Assembly (NCBI GenBank): GCA_965153285.1
Contig: OZ229115.1
Source of the DNA: Podarcis tiliguerta
Lineage: Eukaryota
Reading direction: 5' to 3' (one strand)
Length of the DNA: 64,000 nucleotides
Made by a program: the position numbers and the translations under genes. Below the pieces are notes generated by a model. The model was not told where the DNA came from and did no database searches. It saw only the letters and a list, made by a program, of their open reading frames with translations. This document shows positions 1 to 15,169 of the stretch, piece after piece. Each line of letters opens with the position of its first letter. Position 1 is the stretch's first letter.

Positions 1-640
1 GCATTTGCTCAATACAGTACACTTTTAATGTTTGTTATTTATTAATTCCCCCCTCCTTCCTCTCAAAGGAACCCTGTTCCCTACAAGATAATAGCCCCAG
101 GCATGTGGAGATAAAAATCTCAGCCAAAGGTAGAGCTGACAAGCTGGAGAACATGTAATGGCCATAAAAGTTATAGAAGTGTATAGATGTAAATAGAGTT
201 ATCAAGGCTACATCTCTTGGCAAGACATGGCATATCTACACTGAGAACCTGGTGTATGTCAACATGTATGTGACTGAAGATCGGTCATAGACAACACCTT
301 CTGCCCAAACATGATGAAGCTATTTGGGTTTGTTGTTCCATGGAGGATGGAGACTTCCTGGAAATTAATATCTCCATGTATCATTACTTAGATTCATCCT
401 ATACTGTGGATATTCTCATAAAGGATGTGTGTGAATGCTTCATATATTATTGGATAAGAGAAAGAGGGTGTATGGATATTTTCAACAACTGAAACAAAGC
501 CTAAGCACTTGTAACTTTAATTCCTACTCGCATTTGTTCCCTTTCCCTATTATCTCATGTATCCCTTTCTGTGTGACCTTTTCGCTGTCCACCTTTTTCT
601 AGACTTTTCATATTTCTTTTCCTTACCAAATGTTGAAATA

Positions 641-733
641 TAGCTTGTAATCCTCTTGGGGCAGAGACCTGTATTCTTTTTGCTTTTGTTACTCCCTAAA
701 GCGCTTGTGTATTGAAGGCATCTTAATAATAAT
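641..733 (+). mobile_element. L2-type 3' end
   Basis: tagcttgtaatcctcttggggcagagacctgt..aagcgcttg..taataataat matches the L2/MIR 3' terminal consensus. Confidence 0.55.
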
Positions 734-3700
734 GTAGAATGCAGCCTGAATTAGCCTGTGGATTTATCCTAAAACATTACAGATGGGACTTCATTTGAGG
801 CATATATGCAAACACTTTCTGTGAACATTTCTTAAGCCGGGACAAAATTACCTGGCAGTCCAGTTTTCTTAAATTCTAAAACACTTTTGTTTGCAAATCA
901 CCAGATGCATGAACATGGCTCCACAATACGATCTTGCTCCTACAAAGAGTTGCTGAATGAAACAGCAGGAAAGCCATGGCTCTCATACAGAAAGGAGCAA
1001 GGCAAAGACTCCAGCAAACACCTGTGCTATAGAGAGCTGCATGTGGGAAGCTGAGCCCCATGGCAGTGCTCCTCTCGATTATTCATCACAGCTGTGATGT
1101 AGCCATCTGAAAGAGAGTGTGGGTTTGGCTATCAAAAGTATCAGCTGAGCAGTATGCACTAGTCCTGGTGTTTTATTGCTTGCTTTGTCTGTACTTATCC
1201 CAGGCAGATGAGACATCATACTACCGTTCGATTTAGGAATGGAATGGATAGCCATGATTTTCTGCTCCAACAGCAAAATGTCATACATCCATTCACACAT
1301 GCAGGAGGTAGAGAGTTTCAAACAGACCTCTGTACTTCTAGCTTGTGTGAATCTCTAATTTCCAGCAGAAATATAAGCATTAGTCCAACAGAGCTGGAGC
1401 CTTTCATTGACTAAAGCTCTTCTCATGCATTTTAACCCTTTTATGTTCCTCTTGAGGGGGGCGCATTTAGTCTTGTGCCTTCTTCACTCAACTATGAAGC
1501 TTACTGTATCATTGTGAGGCAGTCACTATCTTTCAGCTTATTCTGACTCACAGGGTTCATTCAGGGAACTCAGAGATACCAGCAACAATAGCTTAGCTGC
1601 ACCAAATTCCACCAGATGCCATTCTCCTCCCAATAATAAATCTTTAAAGAGAAAGGTGCTGATTTGAAACATTCCTGAGAGTAACATCCAGTGTCCTGAA
1701 AAATCTTATTCTGTCCTGCTGACTTCTTCCACTAATAACTTTAGCTGGTTGAAATCACTGACATCAGGAACCAGAATTGCATTCTCTTTGATCTCTGATG
1801 TCTGTAAGCTGGGGCCAGGCCACTTCCTCCTGCCTGGGTATTGAGATCTGAATTCTCACTGGCTCTGAATATCTGATATGTTAAAAGGAAGATGGGCTTG
1901 GGGGCACAAACCAAAATCACCCCCCCCAAAAAAAAAATTCCCAATATGAAGGTCATCCTTTGAGTCTTTGTGCATATTGCACCAAAATATGAAGTGAGTT
2001 TCTAATCATATTCAGTATCATGGTCCTGGAGTCAAATTCCTCAACTTCAGGCGAAGCTCTCAGATGAACCTGCAGGGCCAGTTGCGCCTGGTCTGAAGAT
2101 GTGACACTGCTCTCCTCTGAGAAGGACTCCACTGCAGAAGACCCAGGAAAATTGAAGCTTCCCTTCTCCATTGCAGTAGGAGATTACTGGAGAAGCCTGG
2201 TTCCTTTAAGGAAAGCAGCATCTTGCAGTACAAGTGGGGCTGACAATTGGGCTGCACCTCCTGCTGCTACTGCTATATAAGGATTCAGTTTAAGACCTGT
2301 TTCTTGCTGGAGGAACTTCTGAGCATTGTATTACCCACAGCATAGCCTGAACTCTGCCTTGTATTCATATCTGAACCTTGTCCCACCTTGCCTTGTCTTA
2401 CATCTTGTTTGGGCCTTGCCTTGCCACTCTGTGGACTCTTAGATGAGCACAACCTTGCTGTGAATGGTAAACAGTTTTTTGGGGAGATGCCTTTCCTCTT
2501 TTTTGGCATGGCATAAGTGGCCACCTTAGTAAACGTGTGTGATCCAGACTATTAGGTTATCTTGTCAGAGCTCTAGGAAGCAGCTTGTTGCAGAATCTGC
2601 TGTCATAGACCTGTTGACATCTTGTGCTTTCAGGTGGAAAAAAATAAGTTGCCTTCAGTTGGACTGTGGGAAGCTGAAGGACTAAATGAATGGATAGCAA
2701 TCATTGCAGTATGTTGTTGACTTTTAAAAAACTGATGAGCTACAGTTGATGCTGTTCTCCTAAATTTTCATCCATATCCATAGTGTATCATCAGCACATG
2801 CCCAAGTGAAACTGTGACTACCACTTTCAGAACCAACAACAACATAAAATGTCATTGGAGAGTAAACAGTGCATGGTTACCATATGTACCATCTACTATT
2901 GTCTTCAACTGGTGGGGCCCTGAGGCTCAACCTAAATTGAGCCATCAGCATTATATTTTTCTCCTCTTCGCTTGTTTTTTGAAGATAAGAGGCAATTGTA
3001 GGTAGAGAGGGTGAGAAACTGACAAAGAAAAATACTGTGCAAAGCCCCTGATATAAATGGGTATTGGGCTCACCACCAGCACCCACACTCAAGTAGCTGC
3101 TGGGCAGCCTCAGTACAGGTGCCTCCTCTGTCAGCTCCCTATCTTAAATTTCCCACAATTCCCCAGAATGCCTGAAGAAGCATTGCCCCAGTGCCTTGTG
3201 GGATGTAACTGCTACCTGCTCATGGGATAGGGACAAGAGTTCCACCAACGTAGGGGGGACCCACTTTTCTAGTGTCCCCCCTCAAACCTGGAGTTCCCAG
3301 GACATAACTTATGTTTAACTGTGTCTCAGTTGTGAAAAGTTTGAAGACTACTGAATTAAATATTATGACAGCTGCTGAGGAAGATATTGCTATAGGATTT
3401 GATTAGAGACTCTTCCCTGTTCTGACTTACAGTATTTGTGCTCTTACATTCCACTCTGCAAGCAAGACGCTGGCAAATAGTTAAACCTAGACCTAAATAA
3501 AAGTCAAGAACCGTGTAATTAAAACTCTACCTTTATTGGATTTTAAAGAGTTGCCCTGCGACATAGGAAATATTTAGATGAGTAGCTTATTTAACTGATT
3601 TGTATGTGAGTGAACAGCTTAGAGGACTACTACCCTAAATTAACTATAAGGCCACCCACTGAGATTGCCTCGTAAAGGATCCTGATTGCTTAGCTTCATT

Positions 3701-5582
3701 ATATGCAACCATTCAATAAAATGCTAGATAAATGCATAACTAAAAGCTCTATTACACTAATAATTTGTGCAAAGATAGATGTGTGGGACACCATGCTGGG
3801 TTAATTTGTCATCCCTGCAGCAAACTTCTAGAGATGGTCTTTTTAGTGAGGAATTGTGTTAATATGTTGTTCCACTGAGGACATGTTAGAGCAACAAGAT
3901 GAGTTGGTCCCTTAATCTTTTAAAGAGGCAAAAATGCCCTGAGAGGAAAGTGGCAGGGAGAAGAATGGGGGTGATTAACAAAGTGGACCTAGATTTAAAG
4001 TTACCCTGACAAAAGAGACTGGATTCCGCCTATATAAGGGAAGTGGGGAGGACAGGGAGAGCAGGGAGGCATTTTTTTTGAACACAGTAATAGGATTTCA
4101 TGCATATCTAAAATAATAACATAAAAATTGAATACTCTTAGACCACAGTATTTAGCCTGCTCTTTTGCTGATTACATATTCAGTTTCGTTGCTTTTCTTT
4201 GATCTGTCCATGGAGTTAAACTGTATGCTTTGAACAGAGTATTGAACTGTAGTATTTTATGCTAAATTTCCTTTTATGCTAAATTTTCCATCCTGCTCAG
4301 ACATTCACACACCAAAGTCCATTATTATATTTAAATCCAGAACCCATGTTTAAGCACCAGAGCTCAGGATTTCCAACCTCTTGTATTGACAGAACCATAA
4401 ATCACATTAAAGTTAAGTGAATTACTGTACCATGCAACTATAGCTTTAACAATGTTTATGTAGTATCAGCTTACCATCTGCAGAATGGAAGTGAGGAGAA
4501 ACACTGATATTCAAAATGGGACTAGGAGTCCTAATAACTTAGCAGCAATCTATCACTCTGGATTCATTGGTTCCACTAATATACCCATTTTAGTATCAAA
4601 GCAGAATTCTATCATTGCACAAACAAAATATGACATTATTTTACAAGTTTTTATTTAATACACTGCATTCAAGTATGAAAGAATTTATTTTTTGAATTTT
4701 TTCTAGTTGATGCAACTAATTACATATGAAACCCAGGACAGACAGTCTGAATACGAGCCTACAGTACATAAGATATTTGGTTGGATTTAGACTTAGTCAT
4801 GCTTAGTGCAGACTCATTGAAAACAAGCCATGACTAACTTAAGTCCCATTGAATTCTGTGGGTCTACACAAATATTTCTGTATTCAGTATATCAGGCATA
4901 ACGAACCTGATCTTTTTGTTGGTGACACCCATCATCCCTGAACATTAGTCATGCTGGTTAGGGCTAATGGGAGTTGGAGACCAGGAACATATGGGAAGCC
5001 ACAGGTTCCTCATGGCAGCTATAAGTAGAAAGACTATAATTTTGCTAAACAAACAATTGCAGCAGCAGCAGGCCTTAATCTATCATGTTCTTTATTCAAG
5101 AGGTTGTCAGGAGTCCATTGAGCTCACCCAAATATCTGAACAATTCATTTGGCAATGCATAGCAGTTTCCATCTTTTCAGCAGAGTTTGTTACATTTTTA
5201 TCCCATCCTTCCTCCAGAAGCTCTGGGTGGCATTAATGGTTCTTCCCCACACAACTACTCTAGCCTGTGTGGGTTGGATTTGGCTGGTGACTGGTCAAAG
5301 GTTGCCCAGTGAGTGCCCTACTGAGTGAAAATTATCTGATCATCTTCAACCTGGGCCCAAAGTAGCTAGTTGCTTTAAAGCTGAAGAAACAATTATAACT
5401 TGGCAATAGTTCTTTGTTGAAGGCTACCATAGAACCTTGCTCTCATCTTAGCAGACCTCCTTCAGCTCTTTGCTTCAGTAATACCAGCTCCTTAGTTAGA
5501 TCTTTGGCTTCCCTTTAGAAGTCAACCTCTGCTGCTCACTGCTGCCCCTTCTATCTAAAGGAGTGCATGCTAGGCACAAGAG

Positions 5583-5926
5583 GGTAAAGGTAAAGGGACC
5601 CCTGACCATTAGGTCCAGTCGTGACCGACTCTGGGGTTGCTGCGCTCATCTCGCTTTACTGGCCGAGGGAGCTGGCGTACAGCTGGTGCCAGCATGACTG
5701 AGCCGCTTCTGGCGAACCAGAGCAGCACACAGAAACGCCATTTACCTTCCCGCCGGAGCGGTACCTATTTATCTACTTGCACTTTGACATGCTTTCGAAC
5801 TGCTTGGTTGGCAGGAGCAGGGTCCGAGCAACGGGAGCTCACCCTGTCGCGGGGATTCGAACCACCGACCTTCTGATTGGCAAGTTCTAGGTTCTGTGGT
5901 TTAACCCACAGCGCCACCCGCATCCC
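5583..5926 (-). mobile_element. Sauria SINE, near full length
   Basis: Reverse complement begins GGGATGCGGGTGGCGCTGTGGGTTAAACC, has the B-box GGTTCGAATCC, and ends GGGGTCCCTTTACCTTTACC with the (ACCTTT)n tail. Confidence 0.93.
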
Positions 5927-7574
5927 TCCAAATCCTAGCCCACACAGGCCTCCTCCCTCATTTAAACATGGTTACATGGAGAAGAAACTTTGGAATGGGA
6001 GGAGAGTTAAAAGTCTGGAGAGACAGACTGTTTGTACAAGGAAGGGTGCAGAATCCCAGCTTCTGCCTCTGTGGGGAGAATTAGGCCATCCTCATTTGCA
6101 TGTTGTTTAGGGTTAGAGGGCAGTTTAGCAAGGTTATGACAGAGATAGATATGTAGAGGAGAAATGGGCTGACTGAGGAAGTCCTGGCAGAGAGAGAGAG
6201 AGACGCTTATCCCCAAAGCACACACCTTCAGAAACCATGAGTTAACCAGCTAGTCCCTCTCTTTCAGCCTAACCCTTTTCACAAGGTTGTTGTGAGTATA
6301 AAATAGGGTGGAGGAAATAGGGGTATGCCACACTGAGAGCTCTTGAGGAAAGTGGGATAGAAATGTAATGAAATAAATAAATGAATAAGATCCTAACATC
6401 ATTCTGTGCACAGTCTTCATTTAGGTCGGTTTCCATATAAATCAGAAAATAGTAGTATACCCTATGTCTTTTATTTACCGCTAGTTGCTCATCTGAATTA
6501 TGTGCATATAAAGTTACATTCAATGAACAGAAAGTGTAAGGCTGCAGGGTTTTTTAGAACTGCTGAAAGAGTTAGATGTAAACATTTTATTTAAGCACAT
6601 TTGAATAAGAATAAGATAGAACAATCTTTAAAACCTCAGTTCTTCAGAGGTGCCTTGTTGTTAGTTGGTGCTTCTTTTAATCTTAGATTGGCAGAATGTA
6701 GGAAGAGTCGGGAAGCCAGTTGTGATCCACCTCCCATATCAGTCGGTGGCAAAACTACCATTGATTAATGGAGCTGGATTGTGCCCAAAAGCTTTAATTT
6801 TTCCAAGCTGTTGGTTCATACTTCTGTTCTGTACCTCTTGAATTGCATTATATATATAGAAGTTCAAGTTCCCTTCAAAACTCCTGGCCTTTTGCCAGCT
6901 TTCCTTATTAAAAAGTCACTCTTCTTATTTCTGATCAACACAGCTGTTGCAGAGCGTTTCAAAGCATTTCACATCAGCCAGCATGGTGGCTTAGCCAATT
7001 AGTACTCTAATACGGTCATTTTTGAAAACAAGTACTTTCAGGGTAGAAAGGGTGGGATACATCTTACATAATTTGAACTGGCACTTGCTTTGCTTTAATG
7101 TTATGAGAGAGGTTGCAGATCACAGTGAGCTAAAGCATCTCAAAAAGACTGAAAAGGAAGTATCTAAGGAAACGAACTACAACAATGTTTCCACTTTAAT
7201 GCCTTTTAACAAATACTTTTCAATTGTAATGAGGCTAATTAGGTCTTTTTTTAAAAAAATGAGCTGATGGTACATTCTCATGCTTCATTGTGACTTAGCT
7301 GTTGCTATTTTTAGAAAGAGGAATTCATGTTTAATGAATTTGTTAATAATTTGTTAATATATTTATCTGCATTGCTTTTATCTTGTACCTCTAAAACCAA
7401 TAAAACAAAGCATCCCAGGGAATTATTCTGTCATCAGAACATGGGAATTGCTCATGCTTCCATTCTATCCCATGCAGTTCCCGTAGTTATTGAATACTGG
7501 AATAGAATACAATAGAAGGAAGGCCTGACAACGGGGTTATTTCCAATGGGAGTCTGAAATTTGACCTGTATATC

Positions 7575-7860
7575 TTCATGTGCCTGTGGAAACCTGCAAG
7601 CAAGACATGAGTACAACAGCACTCTGCCCACCATCAACTAGCGTTCGCAGGAACACTGCTTCTGACAGTGGAGGTAGGACAGTAGCCATAATGGCTAGTA
7701 GCCGTTGATGGCCTTGTCCTCCATTCATTTGCCTAACACATTTAAAGCCATCCAAGCTGGTGGCCATCACTGCCTCCCGTGGGAGCGAGTCGCATAGTTT
7801 AGCTATTCACCGCTCAGTACTTTCTTCAGTCTGTCCTGAATCTTCCAGCATTCAGGTTCT
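7575..7860 (-). mobile_element. CR1 LINE 3' fragment
   Basis: Minus-strand MATSLDGFK motif; same family as the 56121 copy. Confidence 0.78.
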
Positions 7861-7866
7861 TTGGCT

Positions 7867-7871
<5 letters not shown>

Positions 7872-7897
<26 letters not shown>
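7872..7897. repeat. (GA)n microsatellite
   Basis: Direct observation. Confidence 0.9.
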
Positions 7898-9360
7898 CCA
7901 TTTCTGTGTCCACTTTCTTCATGCCATGTATAATTTTGTGCACTTGGTTACGTTGCATTGCATTTGCCATTTTATTGCTCATTCACTCACTTTGGAGAGA
8001 TCATTGTGGAGCTCCTCACAATATCTCTTTTTGGGGGGAGGGGGGAACCAACAACACTGAATATTTTGTATCATCTGTACACATGTCCTCATTGAGGTTC
8101 TGATTGCAGAACTGTGCTGACCTTGGAGAAAAGATGCTTCATGAGAGGGGGCAAATGGAAGTGTGCATGTACTCCTCACCTGTGCATCCATATTCCTGTT
8201 GGCATTAGATCCCTCCATCATTTTCTTTCTATGTAACCAGGATAGATTTGGGTTTAAACACACTGCATCCATCTGTCACATCAACTTTGGCTGTCAGTTT
8301 GAAGCTCTGTCTGCAGTATTGGAAGGGTAGAATACTGGCCTTCCGTACAGAGTAGTTGTAAGGATTACAAATGTGGCCCTCATCACCACCACACTCCACA
8401 CAATGACTAAATAATCTTAAGGGCTGGGAAATTACATAGAAGTCCTTGGTAGGCCATTCCCCTTGCCCTATCACCTCCTTCCCAACCAATATAAATAAAG
8501 AGCACTGTTGCCAAAGTGTGTATAGAGTGAAATTTGCAGTTTCCAGCTTTTTGGAATCAAGGGGAACCACCTTTGAATAGTAGAAAAGAAGACAGCTGAA
8601 AGGAGTGTTCTGGTTGAGAAGTTGGGGAAACAGAGATTGAGGAAACCTCACCTGTTTTGGTGTGTTAGAAGGTTTTGGAAGACAAGCACTGCCATGTGGG
8701 GAAGGTGTCCTGATTCCCACCTGGCACATGCAGAAAGAGGCTCTTAGGTGTAAGTCAGAAAGGGATATTTGTTCAGGGCAAGTGACAGTACAGGCTCAGC
8801 AGCAGATACGGAGTTCAGGAGTCACGATTCAGGGGTTTGGGGATCAGAAATAGACTGAAACCATGGAGATGTCTCCAGAGCACATTGCTTGCCCCTACCT
8901 CTGCTTCCTGCCAGCCACTCCTGTCCAGCTTCCTTTAATCTCCCCACCCTCCACCAAGCAGATGTACAGTAGAGGAGGAGGAAAGTGGGCTGCAGAGGAA
9001 GAGGTACGGTGGCATTTTCTGTGACTGGTTGTGATGGCAGTTCCAGTGAAGGCAAAATGCAGAGGGTTGGTACACTGGGGTCAAATAGTGAGGGGTATTT
9101 CCAGAAAATGCTGCTTTGGTTACTTTCTCCCCCTCTTTCATCAAAACTGGTTTAAAATTACAGGTGTGGCTTTCTGAGCATTTGCTGGGTTGAAGTTAGG
9201 TTGGAGAGACAAACATCCCTGTTTCCTATGATGCAAAATTACTGAATGAAAACATGCTGCAATATATAAACAATAAAATTTATAAATGCTTCCATAAAGG
9301 TCAGTATTGTGGTTACACTGGCTACCAAAGAGGAAGCATAAGATTGAACTGAAATGTTTT

Positions 9361-9714
9361 ACCACTGGGCTTCTTGGGCTTGCCAGTCGGAAGGTCGGCG
9401 GTTCGAATCAGTGCGACGGGGTGAGCTCCCGTTGCTCTGTCCCAGCTTCTGCCAACCTAGCAGTTTGAAAGCATACCAAGGCAAGTAGATAAATAGGTAT
9501 CACTGCAGCAGGAAGGTAAACAGTGTTTCCATGCGCTCTGGCACTCAACACGGTAAACCAGAAGCGGTTTAGTCATGCTGGCCACATGACCCAGAAAGCT
9601 GTCTGGACAAACGCCAGCTCTCTTGGCCTGAAAAGCGAACATGAGTGCCGCACCCCATAGTTGCCTTTGACTGGACTTAACCATCCAGGCGTCCTTTACC
9701 TTCTTACCTTTTAC
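9361..9714 (+). mobile_element. Sauria SINE, more diverged subfamily, slightly 5'-truncated
   Basis: aaggtcggcggttcgaatc..gtgagctcccgttgc..gcaagtagataaatagg..ctttaccttcttaccttttac; aligns by eye with the 5583 copy. Confidence 0.9.
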
Positions 9715-12342
9715 TTAGCCTATTATCCTCAGTCACATGTTACTGGTGCATGCTGCAGGTACATCTAGAGCTATAGTGCCCTGCATGTTCTCCAGTGCTT
9801 CAGCATCTCTAGTCAATAATGATGCCTATAGCAGGTGGAGAGGTTTCATAAATGTTTGAACTTGTAATAGCTTTCCTTGTAAATGTCACTTCCTGAAAGT
9901 TCATATGCAGCTGTTCCCTTCATGTCCCGTTTAACAGGATGCCGAGGACAAGTGATTGTCACTTTTTGTTAGTAGCACAAATATAGCTGTTGGGAATTCC
10001 AGCTGTTACTGCTGGATCATTTCTGACATACTGCAATATTTTGTAAAATATAGGCTACACTGTGCTATCTTCTTTTTTGTGCTAGGTGGCTTGTAGCTTA
10101 CATAGACCAAAAATGTCTGTGCATGTGTGTGAGAGAGAGCATCAGAGCCTTCCTAGTCTTTATGGTGGGAGGGTCTCAGTAAAGGGAGGTGCACTGTGTA
10201 ATATTACAGAAACCTGGAGATTGACCAGCAGTAGCAGAGCATCTGCTTCACATCCAGAAGGTCCCAGGTAGGGCCGGGAATGTCCCCTACCTGAAACTCT
10301 GCAGAACAGCTGTCAGTGAGTGTAAACAGTACTTGACTAAACAGACATCATCCTGCAGCATTGTTGCAAAGCAAACATGGCACCAAATTAGTCAGCCATG
10401 GAGTCTGAGCATACTGGGCCAGTTCAAGGAATTAATATTAATAGAATTCTTGTACTGTGTTATGCAGAGTTACAGTAGGAAATCAGAGATGCTGAGAAGT
10501 CGACAAAATGTTAGTATAGAACTGTTTATGTTACGTATATCAGAGTGAAAGTTAATTCTTTATTTAGAGAAAAACAGATTCAGAGCAACCGTTTAAGGTT
10601 ACTTTGTAATGATAATGCTCCAGTTTTACCGTTTACAAATCTTTACATTTTAATTTAGATACATTCCAACACATATTTTATTATTTGACATCACTACCCC
10701 CTTCTTACAATTTTGAGCTTTATTGTTAGGGTATCCTTGGTAATTATTTTTAATGACTTATGACCAGCATACCCTGGTACCGTAAGCCACTTACTGTGAA
10801 TTATTTTTTATAATGATAAAAAATTGTGCAATAAATCATAGGATTCTTTTGTTGCGGAACAATTGACAAATCACAAAAATATATTAACTGCACCCACCCT
10901 GTCTTTCTCACCATACCTGTATATAGAGGTAGTGAAAAACTAGGAAAGTGGGGCGGGGGGGACGACTGGTTAAAGTGAGAACCGCACATGTTACACAATG
11001 GCTTAAAGGCATTACAATTTTATGATTTTTCTCCTGATTAATGCAACATCTTTGGACACATCGTTTCACGTGTATCAATATTCTTCTGACAGATCTTTAA
11101 GCTGCAACATGCAAACATGGGGTGGTAATTTGTGGGATTTTAGGGTTGTAGCCAGTGCTAGTCCAACTTGGAGCAGACATAGTGATTTTAATAAGCATGA
11201 CTAACTTGTGTCCATTATTTCAGCAATTGTACTCTAAGTAGAACTTAGATGACTACAACTCTGAGTTCTGAGTGTGGCAGTGATAAACATTTCATCTAGT
11301 AATGAAAATTACAGTTTCTCAGTATGATGAGGACTGTAGAACATACTCAATTCACTTCCAGGAAAAGGAAAAGGAAAAAAGAAGAAATTCTGCAAGGTTT
11401 ATTACCATTCAACAGTGTGGGTAGAGGAGCTGTTGTTTTAGCATTTGCTGTTTGAACACGTACAAATAGAAACCAAACTATTCTCAGGATGTGGCTTGGA
11501 TATGCTGCACTTGGCTATGAAGCCTATGATCAAGACAGTGCTTATTGTCACAATTAACAGTCTGCACAATTACCAAATGAAAGGGCCTAGCCAAAGTCAT
11601 GGCCCAGTATCTTTAGTTTGCAACTGGTGTTCCAATTTGTAGTTGAGCTGGATTTATAGAAACAGAAGGAAAGTGGAGTGGAAAAGGAAATTGATATAGT
11701 TGGATGGGCTTGTCAGAATCAGAGCAAGAAGCAGGGTTTAGCACAGCTTGAAACTAAAGAATAGATGGTGCCCAGGTGAGTTTGGAGAGTTGTACAGAGT
11801 CTGGAAATGAAGCAGTTATGTAGTCTGAAATAATAGTAGGGTAAGATTTTAACACGGGAACATGTCTGAGCAGTTAGATGCTCAATGTGGTAGATGAGAT
11901 ATGCAGAAGGCAGCTTCCTTTTGTTCTAGCTAATCAGAAGTGATGTTTTAGGATGACTGTAAGATACTTATATAAACAGAATAGGTACTACTGGCTGACT
12001 TTACAAAGTGAATGTATTTTGGGACAAAGTCATGTTTAGCACCTAGACAGCTCTTTTCTGGAGGTGGAAAAGGTCTGTAACCTCAGTGACCATGCAGGTT
12101 CAGTTATCTACTTCTATGATAATCTGGGCTCCAAATATGTAGCTGGATTTCTGTCACTACTGGGTGTGTTGTAGCAGTTAGTATGAGCTATTTCTTCATG
12201 GGGGAAAATAAATATAGGGTAGTATATAAGTTTTACTTAGAGTAGACCAATTAATGTGAATGCATACACAGCTAAGTTAAGTCCATTAATTTCAATAGAT
12301 CTGCCATGAGTAAAACTTAGTTGAAAACCACTCATAGCCCAA

Positions 12343-12499
12343 CATAGGAGCCAACTCCTAGGGGCTGAGGACCATTTGGGCCCCCCATAAAAATATTTGA
12401 TGGGGCCACCCCCCAAATTGATGGGCATTGTCATTCAAATGCTGTGTGTGCTTACTTACCTGCCCCCCCTCAATATTTTATTCAAGTGTCCCCCGCCTG
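12343..12499. mobile_element. hAT-type MITE with 8-bp TSD
   Basis: TAGCCCAA direct repeats at 12335-12342 and 12500-12507; CA..TG termini; degraded inverted repeats. Confidence 0.72.
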
Positions 12500-14270
12500 T
12501 AGCCCAACTAGTATGGAATGAAGGATTTGTTTCATTTTGTTAAAAAGAGAAATCTTTGTTACAATCTGTCTAATGTCGGTGAAACACCAATGCAAAATGC
12601 TGCTACTTTATTTTGGTTTAATCTTCATTCAGCTATTGCTTTGTACTGCCAAGTTGTATATACACCCAACGTATTAAGCATGCTTCCAGACTAATGCAGT
12701 CTATTCTCCTGTTCACGTAGTGACTTTCAAAACTTTTATTGAAGCAGTTCTTTGTGGTTTACAAATGCAGTGCATAGGCATAGAAAGATATAAAAGTTTA
12801 ATAGTGCTGGTTGAGAGAGGATGTCTATATACTTGGTCAGAAATAAACCCTAATGTGAGAGGAGCGATAGCATACAACCCCAATGGACTTCTGTGGTGCA
12901 GTGTGGTGAAGTGAAAGAAAATCATCAAAATTCAAAAAAAAATCCAGATACATTGGCTTATAGAGGAGTAAATGTGAACATATGACATTTTCCCAGTATT
13001 CCAATTCCAATATTATTGTTGCTGGGTAAATGTACATCCCACTCCCAGCAGATGCATTTTGGAGTGCTGTCTTCAATAGGTTTGTGTGAATTACTTGGAA
13101 AACCACCCGGATCGTGCCCTATTCATGAAGAAGGTAACAGAGTATAGATCTACTCGGTAGACATAGCAAATAAAATTTAAAACTGTTATCTGTACCATAG
13201 GGCTATTTAACTGCATGGTACCATAGAAGAAAATATCTGAGTCTTTGCCACATTTTCTTCTATAATTACTATCATTGTCACTTGAGTATCCATGCATATT
13301 TCATTGTTCCGTGTGCCGCCCATGTCTCCTGCCATTAATTATGGAGGAGTGAATAAACTTGCCCATTTTGGAGAAATTGGTGTGCAGGGGTTGATTCCTG
13401 TTCAGTGTGGAGAAATATGAGATGCATACAAGATACATACAGGAATATCATGTTACTCACTGAAAGGTAGTAGTCAAACCACTGTATCTTAGTTTCAGCC
13501 TCCTTTACCTTCCCTAATACAAAAATTCTGCTTGTAGTATTGTTGTAGGGGTTACTGAGAGCCAGTCTATACATAATTTTAATCCATTGCATGTGAATTC
13601 ACTATCTTAGATTCCTAAAATTGCCCTGGAGTCACATTTGAATGACCAGTTTTCACTTAGAAAGGACAAAATGAAAATGTTAGTTTACATGAAAGCAAAT
13701 GACTTAAAAATCATATTTCTCCATTGAGCCGAAAAAATGACATACACAAGGGCTGCAAGAGCATCATCATTATATTATTGCCCATTTATAGCCCAAAATA
13801 AAACTGGTCCCTATGTGGAAACCAGAATTATGCAGAATGTCAATTAAATCAACTGTAATCTCCCAAATACATTTTTTATTGCTCGATTCATTAGAAAGGC
13901 TCTTAAGGTAATGAATAGTCGTCACTTTTACCAAGGACTTCTGGCTCCTTTATAAATGATGACCACTAAAAATGCAGAAAAGACATTTTAAAATCTGGCT
14001 GCATTTAAGCTCTGCCTTTATATTTGAAGTGCTACAGAACTCAATATGACTTGATGTATTATAAAAATCAGTACCTAGAACATCAGGCACATACTCTGGA
14101 GTGTATAGATTTGGGGAAGGCTTTTCTTTTTTTCTTTTTTCTTTTTGAGTGGGGAGGTTTTTTTTCTTTTAAAAAATAAAGAGCTATATTAAAATAATTG
14201 AAGTTTCTATATAAATAAATTTATAAATTTGAACTGTGTTTATCTAAGTCCAAAAATCAATCCCTTATAA

Positions 14271-14519
<249 letters not shown>

Positions 14520-15169
14520 TAACCATGAAATTATGCTAACAAGTGTTTTTTACATATATAAAAACAGGGCCTTAATTTTTCACTGCTACAAACTGACTAT
14601 GAAGAGTGATCCAGCTAAAGATATGCATGTTCAGGTCCCACTGAATGTGACTGAAGTTCAGTTAATGTGTTTTTAAACTGCTTTATTTTTACATGCTAAA
14701 CTTTCTGACTTGTAGCCAGATGCATTAGCAGCTCATTGCCATGTTGGTCGTTAGCGCAACTGTAGCTTTCCAGGCAAAATATCATATCATAGAATATTGT
14801 GTGTTAACCCAGGATATAATGCTGGCAGCAGCCACTACCTTTTTATAATGGGATTGCTCAGAGAAGGTATTGCTGCTGCTTCTTTTGACTAACAGCAGCT
14901 TGGTGTTATGTCCTAATCAAGGCAAATTGAGGTTAGACTTAACCATGGTTTACGCAAACCACTGTTTATTAAACCATTGTTTCAATAAACCATGATTAAA
15001 ATGAACAACAATTTAGGGGCTGGATATAATTCTAATGTGCAATTAATTGATAATGTATGCAAAAGCTTCTAATCTCTTAGCATCCTCTTCAGAAAAGAAG
15101 AGAGGGGAAATCACATTAGCTCTGAGATTTGGTCACATAAAGCTAGGCCATAGTTCGCTTATTTAGAAA

